A stretch of DNA of 64,000 nucleotides from a virus. Its lineage: Duplodnaviria; Heunggongvirae; Uroviricota; Caudoviricetes. A program made the translations under genes and the position numbers. This document shows positions 9,415 to 19,803 of this stretch, piece by piece. Below the pieces are notes generated by a model. The model was not told the origin of the DNA. It saw only the letters and a list, made by a program, of their open reading frames with translations, and searched no databases. Position 1 is the first letter of the stretch, and each line of letters begins with the position of its first letter. The stretch lies in IMG/VR virus record IMGVR_UViG_3300031712_000052, positions 30,666-94,665 of that record; one strand, given 5' to 3'.

Positions 9415-10210
9415 CGCTCAAGATCCTAGTAGCCGTGTCTTTGCCGCCTCGGAGCTTACGTCTTCGTGGGGGAATGACCCATTAAACTACCTGGTCAGGG
9501 TGTTCGTGGCCTTCCTGCAAACCATCTGGGAGACAGCCCCAAAAGGAAGCTTCCATTGGACCCCCCTTTCGGAGGAAACTGAACTAGTCATAACCGAAGA
9601 GAATCCTGTGCACGTGGAAACGATGGAAAAACGCCCAGCCATAGCAGTTACCCTTGGACCTACACGGTTCAATGGTAGCTCGTTGGACGATCTTGTAATG
9701 CGAGATGCCAGGAATGCTGCGGAGAAGCATACAGACCTGCTGCCTACCAACGTCACCATCAACTGCTTGTCTAGGGTACCATCTGAAGCTCGATTTCTGG
9801 CTTGGCAGAACGCTCGTATGATCTGGAGTCTTCGTAAGTTATTCATCGCAGAAAAGGGTATCCAGGAGTGCGGTCGTAAAAATGAGGTAGGATCAGTCAC
9901 CCCAGCTGGAGCTCTAGTGCTAGGAGATACAGAGGCGGAGTGGACAGTGTGTCCAGTAACCGTGCCTGTGTACTTGCAATACACAGATTTAGTCACACCA
10001 TTGAAGAGCGAATTCAATGGGCATCCAATTCACACTCTCGAGCACATCACAACCAGTTTTCGTACAAGAACGAGTGCGATTAGATCTAGCATGAATCTAC
10101 CAGAAGCATACAACCGAGTACCTGTGATGGTAGACCGTGGACTAGATACAATGAGAGGTGGACCACGACCACCTCTTAGAGGACAAATAATTCAGGAACG
10201 TAAGATCTAA
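9407..10210 (+). CDS. Hypothetical protein.
   Basis: ATG 9407 (MSNAQDPSS) overlaps the upstream stop by 8 nt. The longer ORF from 9311 is probably an artefact. Confidence 0.5.
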   Translation: MSNAQDPSSRVFAASELTSSWGNDPLNYLVRVFVAFLQTIWETAPKGSFHWTPLSEETELVITEENPVHVETMEKRPAIAVTLGPTRFNGSSLDDLVMRDARNAAEKHTDLLPTNVTINCLSRVPSEARFLAWQNARMIWSLRKLFIAEKGIQECGRKNEVGSVTPAGALVLGDTEAEWTVCPVTVPVYLQYTDLVTPLKSEFNGHPIHTLEHITTSFRTRTSAIRSSMNLPEAYNRVPVMVDRGLDTMRGGPRPPLRGQIIQERKI

Positions 10211-10226
10211 GCCCAAGGAGATCATT

Positions 10227-13200
10227 ATGGCTAGTGAACAGCTGCTTCAACCTGGCGTTACCGTCATTCAAGAGTTTCGTACTGTCAGCCCAACCATAGT
10301 GACCCCTACACTGGTTCCGTGTGCCATCGCCCCCGGATTCCAGGTAGTGCCAGCCATGGTTCTCAATGCTGCTGGCAATGATGTATTGAACTCACAAGCT
10401 GTTGTCTCTGTACCTGCAATCTTGGTAGCCGCTCTTCCGGCACCGTACACGGGTATGGACAATCTAGAGCTGAATGTGAGCATCAACAACGGACCAACTC
10501 AATCGTTCACATTCACTGCTCCTGCAGGTGCAAACCTGGACGCGGGGCAGGTGGCAGATCAAATTGAGTCCCAGTCTCCACAAGGCTTTGGCGCTTACGT
10601 GGTGGACGTCAATGGTACGTACTTCTTGCAGCTGCGTACCACCGCTACTGGTGGTGGCCAGAGCCTAAAGGTGTTGAGTGGCTCTGCAAATGCCGCTCTT
10701 GGCTTTGCGAATGACTACCAGGCATCCGGGGTCACCAACTACGACCAGACTAAGCTGCGCCTGGAGCAGCTGAACTTCCCTGATCCTCGTGGCATTATCG
10801 ACGAACTGGTTGTGGATGATGCTTCTATCAGAGCTTTCGTGAACACCGGTAAGACCTTGCTGGAGTTCCTCCGTACTCAGAGCTTCCTGCGAAACAAGAG
10901 GGACACCGTTTACACCTCTTTGGCAGATGTCTCTTCAATCCCAGTCACTGTATCGGGTCTTCAGTTTTCCTTCCAGCAAGGACAACAGGGCTCTGTGGAG
11001 CTGTACACATTCACTACTAACCCAACTACGGTGTCTGCCGTAGCTGCAGCTATGCAGGCCCTGCTGCCTGTAGGTTCTCAAGCACACATCACTGCGGTAG
11101 GAAACAAAGTTCAGATCGAAAGCGGTGCTGGTTACATCAAGATCGTAGCAGTTCCAACATCTGCAAACAGCGCTCACACCTTCTTGCACTTCGAAGATGG
11201 TGACGAAGCTTGGACACTCACAGTTGCAGATGATGGTGATGGAGATGCGACCAGTCCTCTTATAGTGGTTGGACAGGAAGTCTTTTCAGCACCTGCCGGC
11301 CATGCCGGTATTACTGGCTCTGTAGACATCAATACAGAGCTGGCCATCCACAACAAGAGCTTCCAGGTAGGGCTTGACGGTGGGCCGGAGCAGACTCTGG
11401 CCTTTGATGCTGGTCCTATCGTAGGGACGGTTGATCTAGCTATCACTGATCTGAATGGTCTTTCCATTCACTTCACCGTGAATGGATCTAACAAGACAGC
11501 CACACTTACTACACCGGCCAATATCGGTGATGTGGTATCCCAGATCAACGTACAGGCTGGGGCTGTAGTTTGCTACAAGTCTCTAAGTGATGGTGTTCCA
11601 AGTGATACGGGTACTAGACTTGCATTCCAGGTGGGTGGTGGGGTTGTAGCACCTGGTGGTGTAATCTCACTGACCTATGCTGGAGCAAGTGATGACGTAC
11701 TTTTCGATGGTTTGGGCTTTGCTTCCTATGTCACCACACCCAATGCCTCGGTGGTTTACCAGACCATCAGTCTTGCTGAGATCGTAGCACTGCTCAATGC
11801 AACTATGGGTGCTGGCTTTGCTGCCTTCAACCTATCGAATGATTTGGTGCTGTCATCCTCAATCTATGGGACAGAGTCCGAGGTACGCATTGGTCGTGGT
11901 TCTGCAAACACAGATTTAGGCTTCACGAATGACTTTGTGGCGAATGGTAACCCATTCCCACCAAAGGCCGGAGATCAAGTCTACGCCGATGGTGTGTTCA
12001 TTGGTAATGTCTCCTCTGTGGCACCAAGTGGTTACTCGACACGACTCAAGCTGGACAGAGAACTCTCATTGGGGTTCACTGCCCAGGCCATGTACATCGA
12101 GGCTATGAATATCCCAGCAACCTTGCCGGCCGATAGACCAACACCAGACTTGGTCATCGATCCCTCAGGTGCTGTTCTTATCAAGATGGAGGTCTTGCGG
12201 GATACTGAAGGATTCCCACTTACCAACGCAAGTGGAGCCTTGGTGGTCGCCTACAACGCTCTTCGTTTGGACGTTACACCACAAGCAAAGAGACCATCTC
12301 TGCTTACCTTCAGTGATATTTCTGTGCTGGAAGATGCACTGGACCCACTGACCCTGGATAACCCACTTGGCCTCATGTTCTACTTCATGATGACCAATGC
12401 TCCTGGTATCTCGGTTACTGGTATCGGTGTCAGTGCTGTAGGTGCCAATGATCCTGATGGTACCCCAGAAGCCTACACAGAAGCATTCAGCTTCTTGGAG
12501 GCCCAAGAGGTCTATGCTCTAGCTCCTGCTTCTCAGAATCCACTGGTGCACCAGTCTGGTATGGCTCACGTGCTTGCTATGTCAGAGCCTGATGCTGGCG
12601 GGGAAAGAGTGCTTCTGATTAACCCCAAGATGCCAAGTGAAGACTTGCCTGCCTTGGTGACAAGTGGTGAAGGAGATACCCTGGCAACAGCTCCTTCCGG
12701 GCACTGGTTCGATACCAAGATAGCAGCCTTGAATGCGGATGTTCTGGCACAACAGATCAACCCAACTGGTACCATTCCAGCAAGTGTGGGTCTGTACCTG
12801 CAACTAGCAACTAGTGCTCAGCACTACAACATTGCTCAGATCTCAGGAACCCGTGTGTTGATCAGGGATGCCTTTGCTCCTGGGGAAAATGATGATGGGT
12901 TCTACTCACAGAACTCTCCCCCATTTTCGGAGGAGTTGATTGGAGTCGGATTCACCGTCTATGTTCGTGGAACACCACTGCTGACCACAACTGGGCTGCC
13001 GGACTTCGATAGGATTGCAGCCGCTTACCAGAAGCTGGGTCAGACCTACGGCAATCGTCGTGTGGTTATGACGGCCCCTGAGAAGACTGCATCCATCTTG
13101 GATGGCGTGGAGATAGAGATTCCTGGTTACTACATCAATGCGGCAATCGCCGGAATGGTGGGACAGTTGCCTCCGCAACAGGGCTTCACCAACTACCCAA

Positions 13201-13643
13201 TCGCGGGATTCACAAGAGTCCTGGGTTCGAATGATGTCTTCAGCCGCTCTCAGATGAACGTAGGCGCGGCTGGAGGTACCTACTGGGTGGTACAAGAAAC
13301 AGCAGGTGCTCCACTCACAACCAGAATGCAGGTCACAACCGACCTGACAAGCATCGAGACTCGTGAGTTCTCTATCACAAGAATCGTGGACTTCGTAGCA
13401 AAGTTCATGCGGGTTGGACTTAGGAACTTCATTGGTCGCTTCAACATCACTCAGCCATTCCTGGATACCCTCTCCACCGTGGTCCAAGGACAACTTGGAT
13501 TCCTACGTGAGGCAGGTATCTTGGTGGGCGGAGATTTGAACAACGTGGTGCAGGACTCAAGTGCTCCTGATAGCGTGTTGATCGATGTCACTCTGGATGT
13601 TCCGTATCCCTGCAACTACATCCGACTGACGCTTGTGATTTAG
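10227..13643 (+). CDS. Very large 1138-aa putative virion structural protein.
   Basis: AAGGAG RBS. Composition is Thr/Ser/Gly/Ala-rich and beta-like with no repeats. No recognisable enzymatic motif. Confidence 0.6.
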   Translation: MASEQLLQPGVTVIQEFRTVSPTIVTPTLVPCAIAPGFQVVPAMVLNAAGNDVLNSQAVVSVPAILVAALPAPYTGMDNLELNVSINNGPTQSFTFTAPAGANLDAGQVADQIESQSPQGFGAYVVDVNGTYFLQLRTTATGGGQSLKVLSGSANAALGFANDYQASGVTNYDQTKLRLEQLNFPDPRGIIDELVVDDASIRAFVNTGKTLLEFLRTQSFLRNKRDTVYTSLADVSSIPVTVSGLQFSFQQGQQGSVELYTFTTNPTTVSAVAAAMQALLPVGSQAHITAVGNKVQIESGAGYIKIVAVPTSANSAHTFLHFEDGDEAWTLTVADDGDGDATSPLIVVGQEVFSAPAGHAGITGSVDINTELAIHNKSFQVGLDGGPEQTLAFDAGPIVGTVDLAITDLNGLSIHFTVNGSNKTATLTTPANIGDVVSQINVQAGAVVCYKSLSDGVPSDTGTRLAFQVGGGVVAPGGVISLTYAGASDDVLFDGLGFASYVTTPNASVVYQTISLAEIVALLNATMGAGFAAFNLSNDLVLSSSIYGTESEVRIGRGSANTDLGFTNDFVANGNPFPPKAGDQVYADGVFIGNVSSVAPSGYSTRLKLDRELSLGFTAQAMYIEAMNIPATLPADRPTPDLVIDPSGAVLIKMEVLRDTEGFPLTNASGALVVAYNALRLDVTPQAKRPSLLTFSDISVLEDALDPLTLDNPLGLMFYFMMTNAPGISVTGIGVSAVGANDPDGTPEAYTEAFSFLEAQEVYALAPASQNPLVHQSGMAHVLAMSEPDAGGERVLLINPKMPSEDLPALVTSGEGDTLATAPSGHWFDTKIAALNADVLAQQINPTGTIPASVGLYLQLATSAQHYNIAQISGTRVLIRDAFAPGENDDGFYSQNSPPFSEELIGVGFTVYVRGTPLLTTTGLPDFDRIAAAYQKLGQTYGNRRVVMTAPEKTASILDGVEIEIPGYYINAAIAGMVGQLPPQQGFTNYPIAGFTRVLGSNDVFSRSQMNVGAAGGTYWVVQETAGAPLTTRMQVTTDLTSIETREFSITRIVDFVAKFMRVGLRNFIGRFNITQPFLDTLSTVVQGQLGFLREAGILVGGDLNNVVQDSSAPDSVLIDVTLDVPYPCNYIRLTLVI

Positions 13644-13703
13644 TTAGTGTGAACTGATCCTTTCACATCACAAAACAGTATCAACTACTAACAGGAGTCA
13701 ATT

Positions 13704-14447
13704 ATGAGCTCTTCATTCTCCGACTGGTCGCCTTACGAGAAGTTCGTCCAAGATGGCATGGTGGACGGGAAGTTCCTGAATGCAGGATTCACCCTTCTTT
13801 GTGCCGGCCCACCTAGATTGGCAGCTTTGGGTGGTGGTAGCACCGCTACTGGTACAGCTGCGCTAGGTACAGCACTAACTACTGGTAGTGGGGCTGCCGC
13901 AGATCAATTGGTCTACCCAATTGGTGTCATCCAGAACGTCAACCTGTCTCATAACCGACAGTTCAACCGGGTGTTCGAAGTGGGTTCCGAGAGATCTTAC
14001 TTCATCTCCGGTCGTACTATCGGTCAGCTTGCTATCAGCCGCATCCTGTACCATGGGCCTAGCTTGCTGCGCGTACTGATGGCCTACTACTCGGATAAGA
14101 TTGGATCAACCACTCTTCCAGCCTTGTTCCCTAATGCAGGTGTAGAGGCCCTGGCAAACCCACACGATGTCATCATACCACCTGGGTATGACTACCTGTT
14201 CTTGAACCTGGCTTCGGACTTGTTCAACCAGCCTATGGGTCTGCTCATGTACGTACGTGACTCTGATCAAAAGACCTACGGTGCGGTATATCTGGAGGGT
14301 TGCTACATCCCGAACCACACATGGGCTACTGATGCTCAAGGTGTTTTGATACAGGAGTCTGCAGCTATTCAGTTTGAGCGTGCAGTACCTGTGTCAGTCA
14401 CCAACCTGACCATCCTCGGAGGAGTTGGCGGAGTACTTGGTTCATAG
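13704..14447 (+). CDS. Hypothetical protein, possibly structural.
   Basis: An AGGAG RBS lies 6 nt upstream. Confidence 0.5.
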   Translation: MSSSFSDWSPYEKFVQDGMVDGKFLNAGFTLLCAGPPRLAALGGGSTATGTAALGTALTTGSGAAADQLVYPIGVIQNVNLSHNRQFNRVFEVGSERSYFISGRTIGQLAISRILYHGPSLLRVLMAYYSDKIGSTTLPALFPNAGVEALANPHDVIIPPGYDYLFLNLASDLFNQPMGLLMYVRDSDQKTYGAVYLEGCYIPNHTWATDAQGVLIQESAAIQFERAVPVSVTNLTILGGVGGVLGS

Positions 14448-14459
14448 TAGTGTGTAGGT

Positions 14460-15968
14460 ATGCGTCTTCTTCAGCCGGCCGAAGTGCTTGAGAAGAAAGC
14501 AGCCCTACAGGCTGCTGACAAATCAGGCAGGATTCTAGCCCACAAATTCAGCAAGGTCTCTGCGGACAACTCTGGTGAGGAGCCTGCACGCAGAGACCTT
14601 GCTGGTATCATGGCGCACAAGTGGCAAGAGCACATACCTGGTGGGTTAGCGGCGGGGAAGAAGCCCTCAGATTTTCCAATTGAGGATTTGATCAAGGGCA
14701 TCACAGTAGAGATGGAACACACCAATGACCCAGCGGTGGCTTGTGAAATTGCCATGGACCACTTGGTGGAAAAAACTGATTACTACGATAAAGGTGACAT
14801 GGCTAAAGAAGTAGCAGAAAGCCTTGGCAAGGTGGAGGATGGAGCCATCACCTTGGCTAAGAAAGCAGGAGCCTTGGTCGCCCAGATGTACAAGGAGGCC
14901 GGAAACCCACTAGCCGCCATAAAGGGAGCGACAATGCCCCTACTTGGTAGGTTGGCTAAACCAATCGAGGGAGCAGCTGTAAAGGGGGTAGTTGGTGGTG
15001 CAGAGCACACTATGGGTAAGGTATTGCCCATGCGCGGTTCTGTCTCTACGCTAGAAAGCGCCAGGACTATGGCGAGTCCAGGAACCCTACGTCAGGGGCA
15101 GATACCTTCTGCGCACACCGTTGCAGACCCACAAAGGGGAGCACCTGTGCATCAACTGCTGCAAGGTGGCCAGGCTGCTCCTCAAGTGGCTGCAAGACAG
15201 GCTACAAAAGGTTTCGATCAACACCCGCTGGTTGGAAGAGTAGAACAGGCCACAAGGCCGCCGGGGAACCCTACGAGGCCACTTAACATTCCAGAGGGTA
15301 GATACGATCCAGAGACAAGACGAATTGGGGCGGATGAGTGGTTGGCTGCTAATCCTGAGAAGGCATCAGCCAATCTACGCTTGGCTAAGCAAAGAGACGC
15401 ACTGGCGGCTAAAGCAAAATCTCCAGCCACTACAGAACCATCAAAGACTTCTCCAGGAACTCTAGGACCAGCTCCTGCAGCCTCACCAGTCTACGATGCT
15501 CGAGCCCAACACCTCCTAGAGACCGGGGAGGCAATGCCAGCCGGTGCGGTGGCTCCCAATGCTCCTGGTTGGTCGGCAAGAGCACATCAGGACATTTCAC
15601 TAGCAAAGCATGTGACTCCACCTATACCCACATCCCCACATACTGGGGCTAGCATGGGTGGCAACGTAGGCTTCCGTGGAGGTTCTCCTGGAGCTGTAAC
15701 CCCTCCTGCAGGCACTCCGCCATCAGTAGGGTCTGTAGGCTCTCCAGGACCCTCTGTAAAGCGTTTTAGCATGGGTAAGGCTCTTGGGGTTGGAGCTCTT
15801 GGGGCAGGGATTTACGGGGCTACCAAGGCCATCCCATGGGCAGCAAATCAAGTAGCTGACACCAGTAGCATGCCACTGGCTTATGGTGGTGGCTGGTCAG
15901 CAACACCTTACGGTTATGGGAGCACACCATATGGGTCTGGCGTACAAACCATGGGCCCAGGTGCCTAA
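14460..15968 (+). CDS. Hypothetical protein with a Pro/Gly/Ala-rich C-terminal half ending in GY/GS repeats.
   Basis: 502-aa ORF. Confidence 0.5.
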   Translation: MRLLQPAEVLEKKAALQAADKSGRILAHKFSKVSADNSGEEPARRDLAGIMAHKWQEHIPGGLAAGKKPSDFPIEDLIKGITVEMEHTNDPAVACEIAMDHLVEKTDYYDKGDMAKEVAESLGKVEDGAITLAKKAGALVAQMYKEAGNPLAAIKGATMPLLGRLAKPIEGAAVKGVVGGAEHTMGKVLPMRGSVSTLESARTMASPGTLRQGQIPSAHTVADPQRGAPVHQLLQGGQAAPQVAARQATKGFDQHPLVGRVEQATRPPGNPTRPLNIPEGRYDPETRRIGADEWLAANPEKASANLRLAKQRDALAAKAKSPATTEPSKTSPGTLGPAPAASPVYDARAQHLLETGEAMPAGAVAPNAPGWSARAHQDISLAKHVTPPIPTSPHTGASMGGNVGFRGGSPGAVTPPAGTPPSVGSVGSPGPSVKRFSMGKALGVGALGAGIYGATKAIPWAANQVADTSSMPLAYGGGWSATPYGYGSTPYGSGVQTMGPGA

Positions 15969-16048
15969 CGATTCCTTCTTGGGCAGCCTCCACGTACTCA
16001 GCCACGTGAAGAATCTCTCCCTTCACAGGAAGAACTCAAGAGGGCCAT

Positions 16049-16092
16049 CCTCAACATCGGGATTCGGCCCCTGATGTTGAGGGTTTCTTTTG
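16049..16092 (+). terminator. Hairpin CCTCAACATC...GATGTTGAGG followed by GTTTCTTTTG.
   Basis: 10-bp perfect stem read directly, followed by a T-rich tract. Confidence 0.5.
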
Positions 16093-16416
16093 ATCAGGTG
16101 CTTCATGATGTTCTTATGGCTCTTCTGTTCCGTGTTCCTGTTTGGAACGGGGGAGTACATGTCGAAGCGTTGGTCTTTGACTCCCAGCTACTCGTTAGGT
16201 GCACTGACTTTGATCCCGTATTTAGTCAGCTCTCTCGTATGGCTACTGGCTCTTCGTGAGGGTAAAAGTCTTGTGATCGTAGGAATGTTGTGGTCTCTAT
16301 TAGCATCCCTAGCAACGGCTGTATTAGGATTGATCGTATTCCATGAACAGCTGACCAGCTACAACTACTATGGCCTTATCCTGGCCATGTTAGCTTTGAT
16401 CTTGCTAGTACGCTAA
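16090..16416 (+). CDS. Small 4-TM membrane protein, SMR/DMT-like or holin-like.
   Basis: 108 aa with four hydrophobic segments. It is the last gene of the plus block. Confidence 0.45.
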   Translation: MIRCFMMFLWLFCSVFLFGTGEYMSKRWSLTPSYSLGALTLIPYLVSSLVWLLALREGKSLVIVGMLWSLLASLATAVLGLIVFHEQLTSYNYYGLILAMLALILLVR

Positions 16417-16679
16417 AGAGAAACTGAGCACTATTGCTCAATCCCTCTGAGCTCCTACCCTCTTTATCCACATCTTGCTCACCAGGCAGCGTGGGTAAAA
16501 GCTCTATTCCTCCGTTTGACCGTACACCTCTTGAGCCATCGGAACAGCTGGTATCTTTTGTGTCCGAGTCAACTCTGGGTCTAGTTTCCTTCGCCTATCG
16601 CTCTCCTCCATCTGAGCGAGTCTGGGGTTAGAGAAGTCCTTATGCTGGACTAGTCGGCCTTGAGTTTCCTGTACTGGCT

Positions 16680-17015
16680 TCATGTCTTCACCGCAACATG
16701 CTCTTGCGAGCATTTTATGTTGGGGCAGCCGCCATTCATATCTAGCGATTGTCCACACCCTGGGCACTTTTCTAGTGGTGGTGGTATAGGCCCGGCAAAG
16801 GCTACCAGGCATTCATCGGTGATGGACACATTTTCACCATCCCAGAACACCACATTTGGATTAGGGTGTTCTGGCTGATTGGTACAGCCGATTTCTCCAC
16901 AGTAGTATGCATGTACTACTGTCATATGCATGTTCCGTTTTCCAAGACCCATACTGGTGTCGAACTTCATGAAATAGAACCCAGGCTCTCTGGGTCGATC
17001 TGTAGTAAATCTCAT
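16680..17015 (-). CDS. Cys-rich putative zinc-binding protein.
   Basis: AAGGAG RBS. It has CPGCGQ...CPNIKC motifs. Confidence 0.5.
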   Translation of the reverse strand: MRFTTDRPREPGFYFMKFDTSMGLGKRNMHMTVVHAYYCGEIGCTNQPEHPNPNVVFWDGENVSITDECLVAFAGPIPPPLEKCPGCGQSLDMNGGCPNIKCSQEHVAVKT

Positions 17016-17104
17016 CAGGTATTCTCCTTGTAGGGGTTAGATCTGGGGTTAGATTTCCCTGATCTAATATCCTTATACCCGTTTGGAGTGCTTGATTTTC
17101 GGAC

Positions 17105-17135
17105 AAAAAAAGAGAGGGGCCATCGGCCCCTCTCT
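17105..17135 (-). terminator. Rho-independent terminator, AGAGAGGGGCC-ATC-GGCCCCTCTCT, with a downstream T7 run on the minus strand.
   Basis: Perfect 11-bp stem. The plus-strand A7 tract at 17104-17110 becomes a U-run for minus-strand transcripts leaving gene 17174-17932. Confidence 0.7.
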
Positions 17136-17173
17136 AGTGTGCTTTGTGCTGGTTACCTAACTAAAGCGTATGG

Positions 17174-17932
17174 CTACCCCGTAACGAGGAACCACCCTTC
17201 TGTACAGAACAAAGTCAGCCCAAAGATCCCTTGGGAAGCTTTCCAGGCTTGGCAGTCCGCAAATGTCACGAACGCTGCTTGGTACCCGGTCATACCTCCG
17301 ACCAAAGCGGCATAGAACAGTTTGTTGATGTCCCAAGTCGGCGAGCAGTACTGCGCGCCCATGTAGCACACAGCGGGCCGCAAAAGCGGTGAACTTCCAG
17401 TAGCGGACCACTGCCCCGCGTACCCGTAGTTGTACTGGTTGTTGGGAAGCACAGTAACTGCCTGGGCAGCCGCAGCCTGCGAGAGTGCAACTCCTCGAAC
17501 CACCATCGGCGAGACGGACTGATCAATGATGAGGCCAGGCAAGGTCGGCACGGGAACTTGCATGTGGTTGGCGTTGTTTATCACAAAGACCATCCCGGAA
17601 GAACTAGCCTTCAGCGGAACAGGCTTAATAAGGGCTTTGGCTTCATCGTAGGCTGGGCACTTGGTCTTGCCGGCGGATGCAGCAGTGAAGCATTGCAGAA
17701 TGTCTTTGGGCCACTGGGTACCTGCAATAGCCTCTACGCATGGGAGGATCGTAGCTGCGCTAGAGATACCTGAGCAATCCAATATGATCTTAATGAGAGC
17801 TGGTGCGTCCGCTACTACACCTATCGCCGTGCAATCTATGGCTGGCTCATGCTTTTGCCACCAAGAACAGTTTAGTGATGGCAACAGGAATGCCATCACA
17901 ATGAGAATGCGACTCAGAAGTTTTCTCGTCAT
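17174..17932 (-). CDS. Secreted or lipoprotein-like protein with an N-terminal signal peptide. Function unknown.
   Basis: N-terminal MTRKLLSRILIVMAFLLPSLNC, with Cys-rich Gln/Ala-rich mature sequence. Confidence 0.5.
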   Translation of the reverse strand: MTRKLLSRILIVMAFLLPSLNCSWWQKHEPAIDCTAIGVVADAPALIKIILDCSGISSAATILPCVEAIAGTQWPKDILQCFTAASAGKTKCPAYDEAKALIKPVPLKASSSGMVFVINNANHMQVPVPTLPGLIIDQSVSPMVVRGVALSQAAAAQAVTVLPNNQYNYGYAGQWSATGSSPLLRPAVCYMGAQYCSPTWDINKLFYAALVGGMTGYQAAFVTFADCQAWKASQGIFGLTLFCTEGWFLVTG

Positions 17933-18048
17933 ATTGATCTTCTCCTAGGTTGAAACACACAGAGTGTGCGACTGACTCTGCAGCAGGTGCCTTAGGATAC
18001 CATGGCGGTTGGCCGTACAGAAGTAGTTTGGACCTGTAGTGTCAAGAC

Positions 18049-18543
18049 CTACTTGTTAACAGAGCTGTAGAAGTCCTCAGCGTCGGTATTCTCAAGTGTC
18101 CGTTTTTCTTCAGGATACAGACCTGATTCCATCTCTTCCTGGGTTCTGACGAAGGATGGTCTCATATCCCTTTGTACAGCTTTTTGCGACCTGGTTTTTG
18201 CCGTACCGCCAGAGACCAGGTGATGTGTCATCTGCTCGAGTAGCAGCTTGTCATCTCTGTCTAGCTTGCTGAGGGTCTTGGTTCCGATCAAAAGTTCGGT
18301 AGCTAAAATTCGTTCATCAGGTGTGATCCCCTCATCTTCCATCAGTTCCCCTAGCGCATTCTCATCATGACCATATAGGTCTTCGAAGAGTGTGCGGGAA
18401 ATGGGGTCTGACTTTTCCTTCACCAGCTCCTCCGGGGATTGAGGAGCTGGTGCCATAGCTGCTAGGTACTCACTGGTGGTGCCAAAGAGTGGGCACTTTT
18501 GCCAGGAGTGACCTAGGTTGGAGCAGAGCAAGCATTTAGTCAT
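18049..18543 (-). CDS. Hypothetical protein.
   Basis: 164-aa ORF. Confidence 0.45.
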   Translation of the reverse strand: MTKCLLCSNLGHSWQKCPLFGTTSEYLAAMAPAPQSPEELVKEKSDPISRTLFEDLYGHDENALGELMEDEGITPDERILATELLIGTKTLSKLDRDDKLLLEQMTHHLVSGGTAKTRSQKAVQRDMRPSFVRTQEEMESGLYPEEKRTLENTDAEDFYSSVNK

Positions 18544-18778
18544 CGGGGTTCACAGGTAATCCTATCATATGCTTATCGTAGTAGGATGCCACCAAAGCAC
18601 GAATTATGTCTTGGACTCTGACTCTCCTGGCACCTACTTTGATCTGGCGTCTCTTGTCTGTCAAACGTAGGGCCTCCATGTCCAGGAAGTGTCGCATCTG
18701 AGGAGGCAGGAACACCCTGAGGCCCTTGCTTATGCTTTCTATCCGTTCTTCTTCAGACCTATGTGTTCGTCGGGGCAT
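18536..18778 (-). CDS. Hypothetical small basic protein.
   Basis: 80-aa ORF overlapping its neighbours by a few nt. Confidence 0.35.
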   Translation of the reverse strand: MPRRTHRSEEERIESISKGLRVFLPPQMRHFLDMEALRLTDKRRQIKVGARRVRVQDIIRALVASYYDKHMIGLPVNPDD

Positions 18779-19361
18779 TGGAAGAATACCCTAGAATGGT
18801 ATTTGAGATTGCACCTATTTTGACACCGTCTTCATACAAGATCAGACAGTTTCGTTCTCCATCAGTAGTGTAGATCTTAAACGATATGCTACCATTACAA
18901 GCTTCAGTAAGTATCTGCCAGTACGCTACGCGATAGGCAAAACGAACACCATCCGCCTTGAAGATCATACAAGGACTGGGGTGTTTCTTGTCCTCGAACA
19001 TCATATCACGCTCTTCGTCTGTAGGGTCTACCTCATCGGCTTCCAGATACCTGGTTTTGTCTGGTGCTATGATCTTTGACCATGCCTCATCTACAAGTTT
19101 TTGTATGGTCTCAGACTTTTCCATCCTGCTTCGGTCTAGTATTCTCTTGACCTCTGTGCTGTCTAGATCAACCAACTCTAGCGGCCACGCAACTATGAAG
19201 TGTCTGTTGAGCATAACCAGTTGTGTATCCTTCTTTATGGCGAAAGGTATTTTAACTGTCGCACACTGCTCACACAGCCGTTCTATTCGTCTGGCTTGTC
19301 CCTCATCGAGCTTACGCATTTTCCTCCATGCTGTGGGGTTATGTAATCTGTTGGCGAACAT
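18759..19361 (-). CDS. Hypothetical protein.
   Basis: 200-aa ORF. Confidence 0.45.
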   Translation of the reverse strand: MFANRLHNPTAWRKMRKLDEGQARRIERLCEQCATVKIPFAIKKDTQLVMLNRHFIVAWPLELVDLDSTEVKRILDRSRMEKSETIQKLVDEAWSKIIAPDKTRYLEADEVDPTDEERDMMFEDKKHPSPCMIFKADGVRFAYRVAYWQILTEACNGSISFKIYTTDGERNCLILYEDGVKIGAISNTILGYSSNAPTNT

Positions 19362-19449
19362 ACTCCTTATGCCGTGTTTTCAGGCTTTTTTGTACAGGCA
19401 AAAGAAAGGGCCTGACGATAGTCGTCAGGCCCTTCTTATCAAACGACGG

Positions 19450-19728
19450 CTATAGGATTCTTCCTGCTTGACGCTGTCGTTTGGCAGCTCGGCACTTGGC
19501 ACAGCGCCTTGGGAGCTTGTAGTCTGCTCCTATCTTCTCTTTGAAGAACTCATGATCTACTGATGTGAAGTCGAACTCATTCCCGCAGTCCACGCACAAG
19601 ATCTTCAGGTCCTTGAAGTCGGAAACTGCTACTGGAGTTACTTCTGGAGGAAACTTGGGGTCTGGATACCTCTCGGCGTCCCAAGTCTCATCAAACTCTT
19701 CTGGTTTTCTTCGCTCACGTTCGGACAT
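19450..19728 (-). CDS. Small zinc-ribbon protein.
   Basis: Motifs CVDCGNEF...CAKC. Confidence 0.45.
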   Translation of the reverse strand: MSERERRKPEEFDETWDAERYPDPKFPPEVTPVAVSDFKDLKILCVDCGNEFDFTSVDHEFFKEKIGADYKLPRRCAKCRAAKRQRQAGRIL

Positions 19729-19803
19729 TGATACCTCGATGTATGTTGAAAGACCTGAATGTGTGTTGGAGGATGACCAGATGTAGGTCTTCCAGAAATC
19801 TGG

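Noticed and set aside
16090-16416. Firm assignment of the 4-TM protein as an SMR efflux transporter (EmrE-like).
   Set aside because: Only topology and size match. The conserved TM1 Glu context is not convincingly present. In phage context a holin or other small membrane protein is equally likely.
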